Assembly (NCBI GenBank): GCA_951406725.2
Contig: OX597833.1
Coordinates: 3,472,001-3,536,000 of the forward strand
From: Octopus vulgaris
Lineage: Eukaryota
DNA: 64,000 nucleotides
Direction of reading: 5' to 3'
The notes under the pieces were generated by a model that worked only from the letters and a program-made list of their open reading frames with translations, had not been told where the DNA came from and made no database searches. The position numbers were made by a program, and so were the translations under genes. Numbering within the stretch: the stretch's first letter is position 1; each line of letters begins with the position of its first letter. Of the stretch, positions 12,529 to 27,203 are shown piece by piece.

Positions 12529-13378
12529 ACATATAGTTCAACTTTACAGAAAACACAGGACAAAGTCAGGCAAGGGAATAATGAGCAGGTGTATTAGTTT
12601 GACACTTGGGGAGAGTGGAAAAGTCTTTGGTATTTCAAACCTATGCTCTTCAACAGAAAGAAGGGACAGGAAAAAAATAGGGAGGGAATGAAAAAAAAGG
12701 AGAGAGAGGTGCAGGAGTGGCTGTGTGGTAAGTAGCTTGCTTACCAACCACGTGTGTGTGTGTGTGTGTGTGTGTTTGCATGTTTCTGTGTTTGTCTCCC
12801 ACTATCGCTTGACAACCAGATATGTTTACATCCCCGTAACTTAGCAGTTCAGCAAAAGGAACCGATAGAATAAGTACCAGGCTTTAAAAATATCAGAACT
12901 GGGGGCGATTTGTTTTGACTAGAAATTCTTCAAGGCAGTGCCCCAGCTCGGCCACGGTCTAATGACGAAAACAAGTTGAAGGTAAATGCTAAACGATTAC
13001 TGCATCCCGTGCTCAGGTGAGCGACAATTCGTTGGAAAAGAGGAAAAGATGAGGCAGGAAGCAGCAGTAAGAGACGAAAGGGGTAAAGAGAGGCAACAAG
13101 AATATCTAAAAGTGCATGTTTGGTACCAAGAATAAAAGACAAGAAGATGGAAAAGTGAAATGAAGGAACCATGAAGAGGAATGGAGGAATGAATTAGTTA
13201 TAAATGTATTTCAATGTAGAATTGTTAGAGATATTCTAAAAATCAATTTGAGAGAAGCTGTTTCATATTGGTCTCTTTGAATATGGTTAGTACTAAGGTG
13301 TTGGCCATTATTCAATGGGTAAAAGCTCAAAGTGAGCTTTTGTCACATGCTATAGATGCGTGTATGTGTGTGTGTGTG

Positions 13379-13426
<48 letters not shown>

Positions 13427-13558
13427 TGCATACACAATCATTGAAGCTGGATATTGAAGAGCATATATATATATTTAGATATATAGATAGATAGATACAT
13501 AGAGAGAGAGAGAGAGAAAGAGAGAGACAGACAGACAGACAGATAGATAGACAGATAG

Positions 13559-13589
<31 letters not shown>

Positions 13590-13724
13590 GATAGATAGAT
13601 AGATTGATAGATAAATAGATAGACTAGACTGGCAGACAGACAGAAAGATGGACGGACAGACGGACAGACGGACGGACGGACAGACAGTCTGACAGGCAAA
13701 CAGCCAGATAGACAGACAGACAGT

Positions 13725-13790
<66 letters not shown>

Positions 13791-13950
13791 TGTTTCTTTA
13801 TTATCCACACAGGGCTGGACACAGATGGGACAAGTTACAAGGTAGAGCTTTTCTTTCTGGGGAGAAAAAAAAAGTGGGGTAGGTTTTCGATCATAGATAG
13901 ATAGATAGATAGATAGATAGAGTGATTGATTGATCGATTGATAGATAGAT

Positions 13951-14023
<73 letters not shown>

Positions 14024-14437
14024 GTGATTGATTGATTGATTGATCGATTAATAGATAGATGGATGGATGGATAGATAAATAGATATATATTCTTTATTTT
14101 TCATGTATTTGCTAGACTGTGGCCATGCTGGGGCACTGCCTTGAAAAATCTTAATTGAACAAATCAGCTCCAGTAAGATTTTTTTTGTAAGCCTGGTACT
14201 TATTCAATCAGTCTCTTTCATCAAACTGCTAAGTCACAGGGCTGTGAACATACAGTTAAGCAGTGATGGGGAAAAAATACAGGCACAAAGACACACACAT
14301 GTAAGATATATGTGCTGAAAGTTAATTATTCATTCATCTCTGTTGGGCTTCACATTTTAAGTCCCACTTTGGTCATGAATGGAGAAACCATTAATCTTTT
14401 GCTAATTTCTTTGTTCATTTATCATTTCATTTGTGCT

Positions 14438-14485
<48 letters not shown>

Positions 14486-14517
14486 TGTATGTATGTATAT
14501 GTATATATATGTATATA

Positions 14518-14570
<53 letters not shown>

Positions 14571-14666
14571 CGGGAAGGTTTACGAAAATAAACAAAAGAC
14601 GAAGGCAGGTGGAATACAAACAAACAAATGTATTAGTATGGCGCTCAGGAATAGAAATAAAACAAG

Positions 14667-14704
14667 TCTTTTACGTTTCGAGCCTATGCTCTTCGACAGA
14701 AAGA
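14667..14704 (-). ncRNA. Hammerhead-like motif with variant core CUGUCGA
   Basis: Minus strand TCTTT-CTGTCGA-A-GAGC(atag)GCTC-GAAA-CG-T-A-AAAGA; same repeat family as 11741. Confidence 0.55.
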
Positions 14705-16118
14705 TACACAGAAAAGAAACAAGGAGAGAAACAAGGAGAGAAAAAAAATTGCTTGTAGGGGCTAATGATCCACATGATGATATATCTAGTCGAAAGACAC
14801 CTGTTGTTATATCTTTGTTGTTTGTATTTGTAATTGTGTACCATGTTCTCTGTTTTTGTCTTTGTTGTCATACGCATTCGCTAGCTTTCTTACAAAAAAA
14901 TCTAGTGCTCTTAGCTCAGACTTTTTTTAGGGGAAACCAGATCAAACTGTTTCAAGTGTAACTACCTGAAACTGTAAGGACATCTGGTAACTTGACTGAT
15001 GAAAAAAGGCCACGAATGACCAGTCATTTTCTTCTTGTCCCACTAATTGTTGTTTTTCCTGTCCACCTTTGTATTGTCTATTAGTCCAGATGTTTTATTG
15101 TCCTGCTCAAATTGCTGAACAGTGGGACTGAGCCCAGAACCATGTGGTTTGTAAGAATATTTCTTACCACACAACCATGACTGCACCTAAGTGGTTGGCA
15201 TTTGGAAGGGCATCCAGCTGTAAAAAAACATGCCAAAACTGACCTCACCCATGCTTGTGCCACGTAAAAACTACTCAGCCCACTCTGCTGGGTGGTCGGC
15301 ATCTGGAAAGGTATCCAACTGTAAAAGACCATCCCAAAAGCAGGCACTGAAAGCCTGGTGCAGTCTTCTAACTGGCCAGCTCTTGTCAAACCGTTCAACC
15401 CATGCCAGCATGGAAAACGGATGTTAAACAATGATGATAATGATGTTGGTGGTGGTGGTGGTGGTGGTGGTGGTGGTGGTGGTGGTGGTGGTGGTGGTGG
15501 TGGTGGTGGTGGTGGTGATGATGGTGGTGGTGATGATGGTGGTGGTGATGGTGATGGTGATGTTAGTGGTGGTGATGGTAGTGGTGGTGGTGGTGGTGGT
15601 GGTGGTGGTGGTGGTGGTGATGGTGGGGGAGGGTATGATGATGTTGATGGTGGTGATGATGATGATGAGGAGGAGGAGGAGGAGGAAGAGGAAGAGGAGG
15701 AGGAGGAGGAATCAGCTGGATAAAGGTTTAGTCATTGCTTTCACGTTTTAATCTCTTAATGTGGCAATTTAACCCTGGGCCAACCCCAACCGAGTGCGCT
15801 TGTGACATTCTACCAATGGCTAACCTGTTTTGTTATTGTCCTTTTCCTTTTCTTTTCATTCCTTTTTTCCTGACATAGTGTATCTGGGACTACATTGTTT
15901 AATGTGACATTTTTTACTTTAAGATGTTAAGAGAGTGATTTGAGAAAGATGTGACTGCTATTTTTAGCAGGACATGCAATCACAAAGAAACTTTTTTCTT
16001 GGCTTACCTCCACTGGTGGTGGTGGTGGTGGTGGTGGTGGTGGTCATGGTGGTGGTGGTCATGGTGGTGGTGGTGGTTGTCATGATTAAGTTCCTTATAA
16101 TAGTCTTGGTAGTATTTG

Positions 16119-16149
<31 letters not shown>

Positions 16150-16960
16150 GTAGGTGGTGGTGGTGGTAGTGATGTCAGTGCTATTGGTAATAGATGTAGC
16201 ATCGATGGTACTAATGTTGTTGTTGTTGCCAGGGGTGATAGTGGTAGTGGTGATCATGGTGGTGGTGGTGGTGGTGGTAGTGGTGGTGGTGATGGTAGTG
16301 GTGGTAGTGGTGGTGGTGGTGGTGGTGGTGATGGTGGTGGTAGAAGAGGTGTTGATATCCATGGTATTGGTTGCAGTGGTGGGGTGGTGGTGGTGGTGGT
16401 GGTGGTAGTGGTGGTGATGGTGGTGGTGGTGGTGGTGGTGGTTGAAGAGGTGTTGATAACGATGATATAGGTTGCGGTGGTGGTGGTGGTGGTGGTGGTG
16501 GTGGTGGTGGTGGTAGACGAGGTGTTTGCAGCAATGGTATTAGTGGTGCTAATGGTAGCGGAGATCGTGGTTGTGACGGCGGTTGTGAAAGTTGGTCAGA
16601 GAGTGGGTGTTTGATGTGGAAACGGTCAGGGGGTGGGTGAGAAACGGGTGGGGGGTGGGGAGGGACCAAGTCTGAAGATTGGTTCAATGCTTGCAGATGG
16701 TGGCTGGGTAGTTGGGTGGTGGGCGGAGGGGTAGTAGCTTTAATGGTGTCGGCGGCGTTGGAGAACGAGTCTTTGATGGTGAGCAGGAATCGATTGGCTT
16801 GCCAAGGTCAGGCTGGTTTCTTAGTAATTCCCTCCTTTTCCAATCCCGCAAACCAGAATGTAACAAAAGCAAACAATTACTATTGGATGGAAACTATGCA
16901 CAACATATATATACACACACATATACATACATGCATATACAAACACATATATATACATAC

Positions 16961-17078
<118 letters not shown>

Positions 17079-17435
17079 ATATTGATATATATATGTATAT
17101 ATAGTTATGTGTATATGTATGTATGTATATACGTAATGTAATGTGATATAACATAATATAATAATATAATGTGAAATAATGCTAGGTATGATTTCCTCAA
17201 GAAGAAAGAAAAGTTAGCACAAGTGTAGAATATATATTGTTTTTATTTGCTGATATATATATATATGTGTGTGTGTATACACATATGTAAGTGCCTACTA
17301 TTATATATATATGTGTATATATATAAATATATATATATATAAGTGCCTGTTCCATATATATATATATATGTATGTATACCTATATATGTGTATATATGCA
17401 AATATATACACATGTATATACCTACTATATATATA

Positions 17436-17466
<31 letters not shown>

Positions 17467-17579
17467 GTGTGTATATACATATATATATATAGGTGCCTAT
17501 TGTATATGTGCATGTGTGTGTATGTATGTATATATATATGTATATATATGTGTATATATAAATATATATACATTTGTGA

Positions 17580-17614
<35 letters not shown>

Positions 17615-18232
17615 TATACGCATGTATATATTTATATATATATGTATATATATATATATATATATGTATGTATGAAATAATTTATGTATATACATAAATA
17701 TAAATACATACACATATATATGTATTTATATACATGTGTGTGAGTATTTATCTTTATACATACATACATACATATATATAAATATATATATAATATATAT
17801 ATATACACATATACATCTACATGTGCATGCATGTACATATATGCACATACATGGACACAGACCTACCCACATCCCTACCCTCTACACACACTTTCCCCCA
17901 CACCCCACCCCTCTACACTGATACCCATATAGATTAAGATGCAAGGTTGTTTGATGCTATTTCGGTAAAAGGAATGGTGAGATGGGGAAACAAGCAAAAA
18001 GCCACACAAAGGAATGGCTATCCTGTATTTCCCTCCCTCGTTTTGCAGAAGAGATTCTTGCTTTGAAGCATTTTGCTGCATTTAGACTGAGACGGCCATG
18101 TGACTGAGAAGTTTAGCTGCTATCAAGCTACATCTTACCATGCACACACACACACACACACTCACTAACACACACACTCACTAACACATACATACACGCA
18201 TACACATATATATGTATGAGTGTGTATTTATA

Positions 18233-18308
<76 letters not shown>

Positions 18309-18330
18309 TATATACATACATGTATATGTA

Positions 18331-18380
<50 letters not shown>

Positions 18381-20857
18381 CATATATGTATGTATCTATA
18401 TATGTATATGTATGTATTTCTATATTTATTTATATATGTATATATGTGTGTGTGTATGTGTGTGTGTGCGTGTGTGTATGTGTGTGTGTGTACATATATG
18501 CTTTCTAACTATGCACACACACACACACACACACACACATACAGTGAAAAAGAAAGAGATAGAGAATTAGGAAAGCTGATTGGTATAGATATATTCATAT
18601 ATGTGCATACATACATATATACACACACATGTGGATGTACATACACACACACACACACACACTCGCACTCATATAAACACATCCACAAACACACACTCAC
18701 ATACATATCATCATCATCACCATCATCACCATCATCATCATCATTATCATCATCATCATCATCATCATCATCATTATCCTTTAGTATCCATGTTCCATGC
18801 TACATGTTAACATGAGTTGGATCCGATGGGGCTGAAAGACACCACCACACTGCAGTGTCTGTTTTAGCAAGACTTTTAATACTGGATGCCCTTCTTTATG
18901 CCAACCAATTCACAGAATGTCCTGGGCCTCTTCTCCGTTCTTTGTGGCACCAGCACTAGTGAGGTCACCATATAGTTGGCAAGACAAAAATCTCCTTTGA
19001 CCAAATGGGGCTGACTTTATGCTAGGGGCTGACAGGTTAAAGTATGAGACAAGGGGTTAGAACTGCAGCAGCAGTAGTTGTAGTAGTAGTAGTAGTAGTA
19101 GTTGTTGTTGTTGTTGTAGTAGTAGTAGTAGTAGTATGGGGGGAATGTGCTGTAACAGCACATTACTGCATCCACCATTCGTTGGTAATTCCCTGCTCTT
19201 CCTGATGGGTGACACCTTTGCCCCACTCAGTGGACACCCTTCCAGCCCGTGGATCTTTCTTTGATAGTCATTGCGAATCCCAGCTCAACCACTTTTGCTC
19301 CCATTTAATGACATGTAGAAGGGGTTTGTTCTTTGACATGAGGGTCAAGCACAGCACTCAAGCAGAGTGATATGAAGTTGTGTTTGGGAAGTGACATAAA
19401 ATGTTTTGTTCAAAAACACAACGTGCACAGCCTGGACTGGGAATTGAACCTCTGGTGTGGCAGTCGTGAGTGTTGCACCCTAACAACTAGGCCACGTGCC
19501 TTCACATTGATGGAGGGATGAAATTTTTGTTATTGCTGTTGTTGTGGTTTCTTTTAGCACCTATTTAAGCCAAAGGGTCTCTGTATCTACATTGCCTGAT
19601 GCGTCCTTCACTGTTTTAAGATGGCGGGAATTGGAAGGCAGATTTGGCTGTTGTTTCTAGCAGGTCAAATGACCATACAAAGGCTTCTGTGCTGGCTCAG
19701 AGGAATGGGCAGTTGTAGGTATTGGTGGCAGAAATAGAGCTCATGTTGATGATGGTGGTGGAGATGATGATGATGTTGATGACGACGATGGTGATGGTTA
19801 CGATAATGGTGATGGTTACAACAATGATGGTGATGATGATGATGATAATGATGATGATGGTGATGATGACGACGATGGTGATGGTTACGACAATGATGAT
19901 GATGATGATGATAATGATGATGATGATGACGATGGGGATGATGATGATGACGATGGAGATGATGATGATGATGGTGGTGGTGATGAAGATGATGGTGGTT
20001 GTGGTGGTGGTGACGGTGATGATGATGATGAGGATGATGACAATGATGATGATGAGGAGGAGGAGGAGGATAGTGATGATGATGAGGAGGAGGATGATGA
20101 TGATGATGATGACGATGGGGATGATGATGATGACAATGTCAATGATGATGATGATGGTGGTGGTGATGAAGATGATGGTGGTTGTGGTGGTGGTGACGGT
20201 GATGATGAGGAGGAGGAGGAGGAGGATAGTGATGATGATGAGGAGGAGGATGATGATGATGATGACAGTTATGTTAGCGATGATGATAAAGGTGATGATG
20301 ACAGTGACAACGATGACCATACCATGATGATCATCATTAGATGATGAGGATGATGAGGATGATGATGATGATGATTAAAACAATGATGACAATTAAGAGA
20401 TAACAAGGCAGCATTATCTATTTCATTGAAAAATAAGATAAAAAAAAATTAAGAGATAGAAAAAGAGAGAGAAAGGAAGAAAGAGAGAGAGAGACAGAGA
20501 GAGAAAGTAAGAGAGATGGAGAGATGAGTTGGCAAAATCTGATGTGGTAGTCATGGCAATGCTACTGCCCTACTCCGCCTTCACCTCTGTCCATCCAGCT
20601 CCAAGCAGACTTTCAGTTCTTCCCCACCCACCGACCGCCAACCGCACCACCACCACCAGCACCGCCGCCGCTGCCGCTCCCGCCGTCGTCGCCACCTCTG
20701 AAATAAGCCCCGTTGCTATGGTGATGTAATTAACATAGTGTGAGATTGGAATATTAAGTATTGAAGCATGCACTGGAGACAGACACACTGCGAACTGTCA
20801 CAGACACACACACACACAGATCAAGTCACACACACATACACATACAGACGCACTATA

Positions 20858-20908
<51 letters not shown>

Positions 20909-20963
20909 GTGTGTGTGTACTCGCGTGTGTATATATATATATATGTGTGTGTGTGTATGTATG

Positions 20964-20995
<32 letters not shown>

Positions 20996-21408
20996 CAAAC
21001 TTATATAAATACATATACATATATGTATATACAAACATCTATATATATACATACATATATATACATGCACATATATATACATATATATGTATACACATAT
21101 ATGTATATATATATATACACACCTACACACACATACATACATATATATCTAGACATATATATACATATATACATATACGCAAACACACAAACACACACAC
21201 ACACACATATGTATGTATATACATGCACATATACATATACACACACACAGGAATATCTCAGTATTTCTCTATTCAGAACTGATTCTCTTAAGCGATTCTT
21301 TTTTTATTGGAAATGATATTTTTTGCTGGTACTGCTACATTTTATTATAATTTGTGCAGAAACTACATATTTCATAAACATACATGCACACACAAACACA
21401 CACACACA

Positions 21409-21460
<52 letters not shown>

Positions 21461-21499
21461 TATATACATACATATATATATACATACATATATATATAC

Positions 21500-21530
<31 letters not shown>

Positions 21531-21585
21531 CCGGAGTAAACACATAAATGTGAAACAAGGTGGAAAAAAGAGTACTCAAATACCA

Positions 21586-21713
<128 letters not shown>

Positions 21714-23258
21714 TCATATATATTCATATATATATATATATACATATGTATATACACATATATACATATACATATATATATATGTGTACATATATATTTA
21801 TATATACATATATACATAACCACATACATATATGTTTATATATATTCATATATACATACATATATATTTTGATGTTTTGTAACATTGTTTTATTATGCGA
21901 AAGATGTTTTTTATGTTAATGAGGTAGATATCTGATTGAGTTTATCACGAATAAAAAAAGATGGAAAAGGAAATGAATTTGTTCAATTAAGTGTTCTAAC
22001 GGCAAACATAACATTGCAGTCATTATCTTCCATGACTATTTCTCAAATTAAACACTTTTTCTTCATTAATATCTTCTTGTTGTACCCAATTCCTTGTGCA
22101 GTGCTTTACCTTATTGCTTGTTGTTCTTCATCATCATTATCATCAGCACTAACGACAGCACTGTAGGACCGTCATCATGATCAGCATAAACAGCATCTTT
22201 CAATGTCTGTTTTCTATACTTTGTAGATTTGATAGGATCCTACAGGTCTAAGGACAGCATTGTACTGCAATATGTGCTTTGGTAAGGTTTCTTGCCTGTG
22301 AAAAAGTCTGGTTGAAGCTCCCCTCCATCTTACCTCATGTACACAACATACACTGACATGCCTTCACTCTAGTATTATGACAATCTCACCAGACGTGCCT
22401 TTCATTGTGTATACATTGGCTGTGGCAGTCCTAAGGTTTTGGATTTGATTGAAAGGACAAATGGGGAGGAAAGCTGGGGAACAGATTTCAACATCTGGAA
22501 AAGAGTACAGTGCGGACGATTTACCTACAGGTAGATAACGCCTGTATCAAATTATACAGGTATCACTACTCTATAGACTATTATTTCCCCAGATCTTCAG
22601 ATCATCAGGGCCAAGTAAAAAAATGCTGCTGAGAATATCATGTATGTCTTGCATAGAAACAGTGCGATAGGTAGGAGGGAGAAAGGGGTCGAGAAATACA
22701 GAGGGTGTAGTCTCTGTATCTCAAACAGATTATTGAAAAATTCTACTTAAAAACTTAAATATTTCTACTTTTAAAATCTTAAAAGTAATGTAACACTTCA
22801 ATAGATAAACTAGATAATGAAATACGTGCATAAAACGAAATATTAATACATTTTATAACTATATTATTGGCCACAATCAATTATAAATGAGAAAATGGGG
22901 AAACAGTAATAGCATCGAGCGATTATATCATACATTTAAAGAAATAAAATAACCAGAAATTAGCATCGTCATTGTTTGCGCATACATTTATATACATTTT
23001 ATATAAATATATATGTGTGTGTATATATATATATATATACACACATACAAACATGCATACATACATACATATGAAAAAATGTTCTACAGTTAAAAGTTAT
23101 TTATTAGATAGAAACGTTTTTTAAGAAAAACAAGCAGATTAACACACACCTGATGGAAGGAGGTTTTTGTGTAAGCGCCTTTTGGGGTTTTCCAGCTTTT
23201 CATACATACATGCTATATATATATATATATATATATGAATATCTATCTGTCTATATAT

Positions 23259-23304
<46 letters not shown>

Positions 23305-23305
23305 T

Positions 23306-23615
23306 GGAGGCGCAATGACCCAGTGGTTAGAGCAGCGGACTTGCGGGTGTAGGATCGCGGTTTCGATACCCAGACCGAGTGTTGTGAGTGTTTATTGAGC
23401 GAAAACACCTAAAGCTCCACGATACTCCGGCAGGGGGGGGGGGCGATCCCTGCTGTACTCTTTGGCCACGACTTTCTCTCACTCTTTCTTTTGTTGGCCT
23501 GCTCGCTTAGCCAGCGGGGTGGCGTCATTTGAAGGTTAAAACAATGCAAAGTGCATTGTGACCAGCGATGTGTCGCAACATCTGATAGCCTGGTCAGTCA
23601 TGGTGATCACAGTGA
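23306..23615 (+). mobile_element. tRNA-derived SINE family B; related copies at about 46342-46630, 50577-50885 and 51857-52021
   Basis: ggaggcgcaatg.cccagtggttag..cagcggact.gcgg...ggtttcgat.ccc head with A/B boxes; shared aaacacctaaagctccacg body. Confidence 0.8.
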
Positions 23616-23770
23616 TATATATATATGTTATCAATTTTGTCTGTGTAGCTGGTATTTACTCCCACTAGTGATGGTATTTTAATAGTACTATTACTCACAT
23701 ATTTATTGCGAGGGGATTTGGTAGATGGAAACTGAAACTGCTTTCCACTGGGCCATTGCGCCTCCACAAA

Positions 23771-23805
<35 letters not shown>

Positions 23806-24574
23806 TATATACATATACACATACACACACACATGCACATACACACACACACACACACACACTTCCTGTAGATGGACCATCTTCTCATTCAAACCTGTTT
23901 GTTCAAACAAGTTGTTTGAACGCCACCTATTCTTAGTGCAATAATCTATATATAAAGATTGTGTTTATCATCTGTTGATTGCCATGATTGGCTCTATTGA
24001 TTTTGTTGCTAAAATCTCGTTGCAAAGGCAAACTTTGAACTTGTGTCTATGGCAGGGATGGTGGTCGGCTATTCTCAAGGAATTTTCCGTGTGCCAAAAA
24101 CATCTGGAAACTTCTAAGGGAAGGAAAGGTTCGCTCATTAATCATTTCAATTACATACAACCCTTTCATTATTTTCTGCATCTTATAAGTCAAGCCAATT
24201 AATGATTAATTATCAATATACAGGTCACTTGGAATTCTGAAAGTGGTTGAAGGGAAAGTAATTTATGTTAATTAATGGTTTGGATTCATCGTTTCTGAAA
24301 CACAACCTTTTGCATTAATTAATTGCACATAAACTTCCCTGTTGTGTAATAAATAATGGCATTTATTTATTGACAGCATGGTAACTTATGTGTCTTGAAG
24401 AATGGCATATAGCTAGAATCCATTGGAATGGTGTGGACCATTTTGTAAATGGCCGTGAGGAAATCTCTTTTGAAACCAAGTGATTTGATGTTCCGATCTC
24501 ACTGTGCAACACCTTGGATTGGGCAAATGTCTTCTATCATAGCCAGGACCAAATAATGGGCCAGTTATGGAACA

Positions 24575-24790
24575 CTGGCATCGGCCATGGCTGTGATCTC
24601 ACTTTAGTTGCCGGGTCTTCTCAATCACAGAACATCTCCAAAGGTCTCGGTTGTTTGTCATTGCTTCTGTGAGGCCCAACATTTAAAGATCATGCTTCAC
24701 CACCTCATCCTATGTCTTCCTGGGTCTACCTCTTCCACAGGTTCCCTCCACTGTTACAGTGTAACACTTCTTCAAACAGCTGTCCAAGAT
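24575..24790 (-). mobile_element. RTE-clade LINE ORF2 3' remnant
   Basis: Minus-strand translation VEGTCGRGRPRKT*DEVVKHDL*MLGLTEAMTNNRDLWR resembles the RTE C-terminal GRPRKTW..DL..DR..WR motif; contains stops. Confidence 0.75.
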
Positions 24791-25043
24791 CCCTGTTGAC
24801 AGGCCACTGGTATTTATAGTGTTGAACACTTTCAGTATGCAAATTAGGGACTCCTTCATAGAGTAACTGCTGCATTTGTTGAGTATATGAACAGTTTGGT
24901 TGCTTGTTTCTCTGGAGACAGTCAGAATGATGTGGATGCCTCTGATGAGCACCCAATAAGGTTCAAAAATCAATTTAGGTTGTTCGTCATTTTTTTCAGT
25001 TTGCAGAGAAATGGCTAAAATCATGCCATATGTTATGTCAATG

Positions 25044-25091
<48 letters not shown>

Positions 25092-25098
25092 ACATATA

Positions 25099-25309
25099 CT
25101 CTTTTACTTGTTTCAGTCATTTGACTGCGGCCATGCTGGAGCACCGCCTTTAATCGAGCAACTCAACCCCGGGACTTATTCTTTTGTAAGCCCAGTACTT
25201 ATTCTATCAGTCTCTTTTGCCGAACCACTAAGTAACGGGGATATAAACACACCAGCATCGGTTGTCAAGCAATGCTAGGGGGACAAACACACTCACACAA
25301 ACACACACA

Positions 25310-25371
<62 letters not shown>

Positions 25372-25390
25372 CATATATATATATACGTAC

Positions 25391-25431
<41 letters not shown>

Positions 25432-25680
25432 TACATATATATATATGTGTTTATATGTGTGTCTTTTGTGTCTGTGTTTGTCCCTTCACCATCACTTGAC
25501 AACCGATGCCGGTATGTTTACATCCCCATAACTTAGCACTTCAGTGAAAGAGACTGATAGAATAAGTACTAGACTTACAAAGAATAACTCCTGGGGTCGA
25601 TTTCTTCGACTAAAACTCTTTAAGGCGGTGCTCCAGCATGGCCACAGTCAAATGACTGAAACGAGTAAAGGAAGAAAAGA
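25099..25680. mobile_element. Two SINE A 3' halves in opposite orientation (about 25099-25300 minus; about 25460-25680 plus)
   Basis: Mutually complementary SINE halves separated by (TA)n. Confidence 0.8.
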
Positions 25681-25786
25681 AAAAAGAACCAATTTGATCA
25701 ACTGAAAACCTTCAAGGTGGTGCCCCAGCATGGCCATAGTCCAATTACTTTAAACCAGTAAAATTGTAAAGAGATAATAGATGTAA

Positions 25787-26094
25787 CCCTTTCATGACGA
25801 TAGTGTTTTTTCTTTTTGCTTTTCTTAACTAATTAACACTGATGATGTGTTTCAATTAATTTTGAGAATAATTAAGAATTTAAAGGAATTTAGTCACGTA
25901 ATTAAGATTTTTTTTTTTTTTTTGTTTAATGGTGTATAATTAAGTTGTGGTGTTTTGAAAACTGAATTTATCAAAAGGTTCCCCGATAATATTATGGCAG
26001 AAGGTTTTTAGATTAAAATATGAACAAGTTAAAAGTAATCAATTCTGATATGAAAGGCTCAGAGTTAATCCCAGGAGGGTTAGCAATGAAAGGG
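25787..26094. mobile_element. piggyBac-like MITE
   Basis: TIR CCCTTTCAT...ATGAAAGGG, flanked by gTAA / TTAA. Confidence 0.55.
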
Positions 26095-26218
26095 TTAATA
26101 AATATATAATGATTGCTAGCATTAAAGACAAATGCACTGAATAGTAACAAGAACAACAACAACAATAATAATAATGGTAATAATGATAATGGTAATAATA
26201 AAAATAATAATAATAATA

Positions 26219-26305
<87 letters not shown>

Positions 26306-26308
26306 GTG

Positions 26309-26356
<48 letters not shown>

Positions 26357-26660
26357 TTCTCAAAACCTTTTGGGTTTTTTTGTTCTATTTCAACCCAAAA
26401 GGGCCAGAAGCTGTGTTGAACAATGTTATTATTCAACTGTGCCTCCCCTAAGTGATTGGTTTTCACTCGGCAGGTATTTGTAATCTAGCTGATATCAAAG
26501 GAAATGACAACAACAACAACAACAATAGGAATAATAATAGTCTTTTCTACTAAGCCTGAAATTTGGGGGAGGAGGAGGATAGTCAATTACATCGACCCCC
26601 AGTACGCAACTGGTATTTATTTTATCAATCCTGAAAGGATGAAAGGCAAAGTCGACCTCA

Positions 26661-26691
<31 letters not shown>

Positions 26692-26915
26692 GCAATAATA
26701 ATGATGATAATGGTTTCATGCTTTGACACAAGGCCAGCAATTTCGGGGAAGCAGGGAAGTCGATTACATCAACCCCTCAGTGATCAACTGGTACCATTTT
26801 ATTGACTCTGAAAGGATTAAAAGCAAAAGTGGTCTTGGCAGAATTCTAAATCAGCACACAAAAGATCCAGAATAAATACTTCAAGTCATTTTGTCCAACA
26901 CTCTAATAACACAAT

Positions 26916-26959
26916 GCTGTGCTGATGAAGCTGTGTTGAGGCTGAAACATGTTCACAGC
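26916..26959 (+). ncRNA. Minimal type I hammerhead ribozyme motif (Penelope-like)
   Basis: GCTGTG-CTGATGA-AGCT(gtgttga)GGCT-GAAA-CATG-T-T-CACAGC: 6-bp helix I, intact core, helix II, palindromic helix III ACATGT, GUU triplet. Confidence 0.8.
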
Positions 26960-27203
26960 TGTCCTCTTGTCTTGAGGAAACCGTATATACACACACATAT
27001 ATATATATATATATCAGGTCTAAATAAGTAAGAAGTTCTCTCCCCACTAAATAACCAGCTGGAGGAAGTGTCCTCCTGGGACTAAAAATAGCAGTATTGT
27101 TGGTTCCTAGGCAACAGCTGTGTTTAGGTTGCATGAAACACTACTTATATGTGTGTGTGTGTGTATTTATATATACATTATGTATATATTCATTTTTTAT
27201 ATA

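Noticed and set aside
18041-18110. Acceptor-like ttttgcag as a candidate for the missing TM1 exon
   Set aside because: The phase-1 frame reads EILALKHFAAFRLRRPCD* with no SLC17 similarity and no donor.
23306-23380. tRNA-like sequences at SINE heads (also 46342, 50577, 47803)
   Set aside because: They continue into shared SINE bodies and show no complete acceptor stem or terminator; not called as tRNA genes.
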